Positions 45,657 through 47,019 of a DNA stretch of 47,019 nt are shown piece after piece. The translations under genes and the position numbers were made by a program. Origin of the DNA: Rhodococcus sp. (in: high G+C Gram-positive bacteria) (lineage in GTDB: Bacteria; Actinomycetota; Actinomycetes; Mycobacteriales; Mycobacteriaceae); assembly GCA_012515885.1 (NCBI GenBank), contig JAAYXN010000105.1, forward strand, positions 1-47,019, written 5' to 3'. Each line of letters starts with the position of its first letter. Position 1 is the first letter of the stretch. The notes beneath the pieces were generated by a model, which worked only from the letters and a program-made list of their open reading frames with translations, was not told the DNA's origin and made no database searches.

Positions 45657-46316
45657 TCAGGAACCAGGCTTGACCAGGCCCGTTTCATAGGCCAGTACCA
45701 CTGCCTGGACGCGGTCCCGGCAGTCCAGCTTGGTGAGAATTCGCCCCACATGCGATTTGACCGTCGACTCCGACAGGTGAAGGTCACTGGCTATCTCGTG
45801 GTTCGAGGCACCGCCCGCGATATGGACAAGCACCTCGCGTTCGCGTTCAGTGAGCGCATCGAGAATCTCAGGATTGCGGGTCGCGCCAAAACCCTCATCA
45901 AAAACATGGGTCAGCAGGCGGCGCGTGACCCGCGGCGACACCACCGCGTCCCCGGCGGCAACACTGCGGATCGCTGACACCAAATCTTCCGGCGGCGTGT
46001 CTTTGAGCAGGAACCCGCTCGCACCGGCCCGCAAGGCACCCATCGAATGCTCATCAAGGTCGAAAGTGGTCATCACCAAGACACGGGTACTGCTGCCCGC
46101 TTCCAGAATCTGCTTGGTCGCGGTCACACCGTCCACTACAGGCATCCGAATATCCATGAGAACCACATCCGGTTCGAGACGCTTAACTGCAGCTACCGCC
46201 GCACCGCCATCACGTGCTTCACCGACAACAGTGATGTCGTCCTGTGCATCGAGAACCATCGCCAAACCCATGCGCATCAATTCTTGATCGTCAACGAGCA
46301 GCACGGTAATCGGCAC
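45657..46316 (-). CDS. NarL/LuxR-family response regulator
   Basis: Receiver domain (LLVDDQ, DVVLMDIRMP, TTFD, FLLKD) and LuxR HTH (LTEREREVL...SN-EIA--L-LSESTVKSHV). TAGGTT 6 nt before the GTG suggests a leaderless transcript. Confidence 0.93.
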   Translation of the reverse strand: MPITVLLVDDQELMRMGLAMVLDAQDDITVVGEARDGGAAVAAVKRLEPDVVLMDIRMPVVDGVTATKQILEAGSSTRVLVMTTFDLDEHSMGALRAGASGFLLKDTPPEDLVSAIRSVAAGDAVVSPRVTRRLLTHVFDEGFGATRNPEILDALTEREREVLVHIAGGASNHEIASDLHLSESTVKSHVGRILTKLDCRDRVQAVVLAYETGLVKPGS

Positions 46317-46538
46317 CGCGTCAACCTAACATCGCCGCGGCTCACATGTGCATGTCCTGGCGGTCTACGGCGGTGCAGGTCCGCATCAGATACAAGCCCC
46401 AGTGACGTATCACCACAACACAGTGCCGGGGCCCACTTCTGCTGACGTAGCGTCCCTTATTTCGGCCCACTATCAGTAAGGTCATCGGGAATCTTTTCTT
46501 GCCCGTGTATATGACCCTCAATTTACTGGAGCCTTTTG

Positions 46539-47019
46539 ATGCGCCCCACCCGCTGGACCCGTGGCCGCCGCGCCGCCGTACTCACAGTTACGACCGCTAC
46601 CCTGTTCGGGATCTTCGCAAGCCCCGTCGCTCACGCTCAATCTTTCACCGGCTCAGCTGGATCCCCAGTTGCGTTGGTCGGCACGCAGTCCGCCCCACGT
46701 GCCCCACTGCCAGGGTGGCGTGAAGTGTTTGTTGACGACTTCACCACCGACGCAGCAACCGGCAGCTTCGCGAACTCTGAGTGCAACAATCCGCGCAAGG
46801 TGGTGTACACCGGAACTGAAGGCACCCGTTGGAGCGCGTACCCGGAATGCTTCCTCGACACCTACAACAAGAACCCGTATCGCGCAGATCGCGTGCTCAG
46901 CGTCCATGACGGCGTCCTGGACTACAACTTGCACACCGTTGACGGGCGTCGCGCTGGCGCTAATCTGGCTCCGTTCGTAAGCGGAAACGACAAGGGCCAG
47001 GTCTACGGCCGCTACTCGG
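46539..47019 (+). CDS. Secreted GH16-like glycoside hydrolase, N-terminal part (partial; not in ORF track)
   Basis: Manual translation: MRPTRWTRGRRAAVLTVTTATLFGIFASPVAHAQ...GWREVFVDDF...VLSVHDGVL...GQVYGRYS, open to the window end. GGAG RBS. The catalytic ExDxxE motif is not within the window. Confidence 0.65.
   Translation, partial: MRPTRWTRGRRAAVLTVTTATLFGIFASPVAHAQSFTGSAGSPVALVGTQSAPRAPLPGWREVFVDDFTTDAATGSFANSECNNPRKVVYTGTEGTRWSAYPECFLDTYNKNPYRADRVLSVHDGVLDYNLHTVDGRRAGANLAPFVSGNDKGQVYGRYS

Noticed and set aside
46499-46980. ORF-track calls 46499-46723 and 46561-46980
   Set aside because: The third + frame from 46539 has an RBS, a signal peptide and family motifs, so it is the better gene.

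Overview
High-GC Mycobacteriales (Rhodococcus/Nocardia/Hoyosella-like) chromosomal window that appears to span the replication terminus. From left to right it holds: the left end of an IS3-family element; a small accessory block (MerR regulator, DUF3018/MazE-MazF toxin-antitoxin pair, AraC-GyrI regulator); an actinobacterial dif site at 2874-2901; a secreted protein plus PapA-type acyltransferase operon facing away from an HTH-STAND-TM-14xWD40 protein; and the conserved Rv2049c-rbpA-ppm1-lnt-amidohydrolase-fxsA locus. A single 9940-aa, 9-module NRPS (starter C, 9x C-A-T, TE, no epimerisation domains) lies between rbpA and ppm1. The window ends with an orphan NarL/LuxR response regulator and the start of a secreted GH16-like protein. 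The most unusual signal is two extra Xer-like sites directly upstream of dif at an exact 53-bp period. They keep the XerD arm and fit an 11-8-11 cer-like layout with an identical 8-bp core. Also notable are an in-frame TGA in lnt and several NRPS A-domain codes I cannot match. All calls come from reading the sequence and recalling family motifs; no searches were run.
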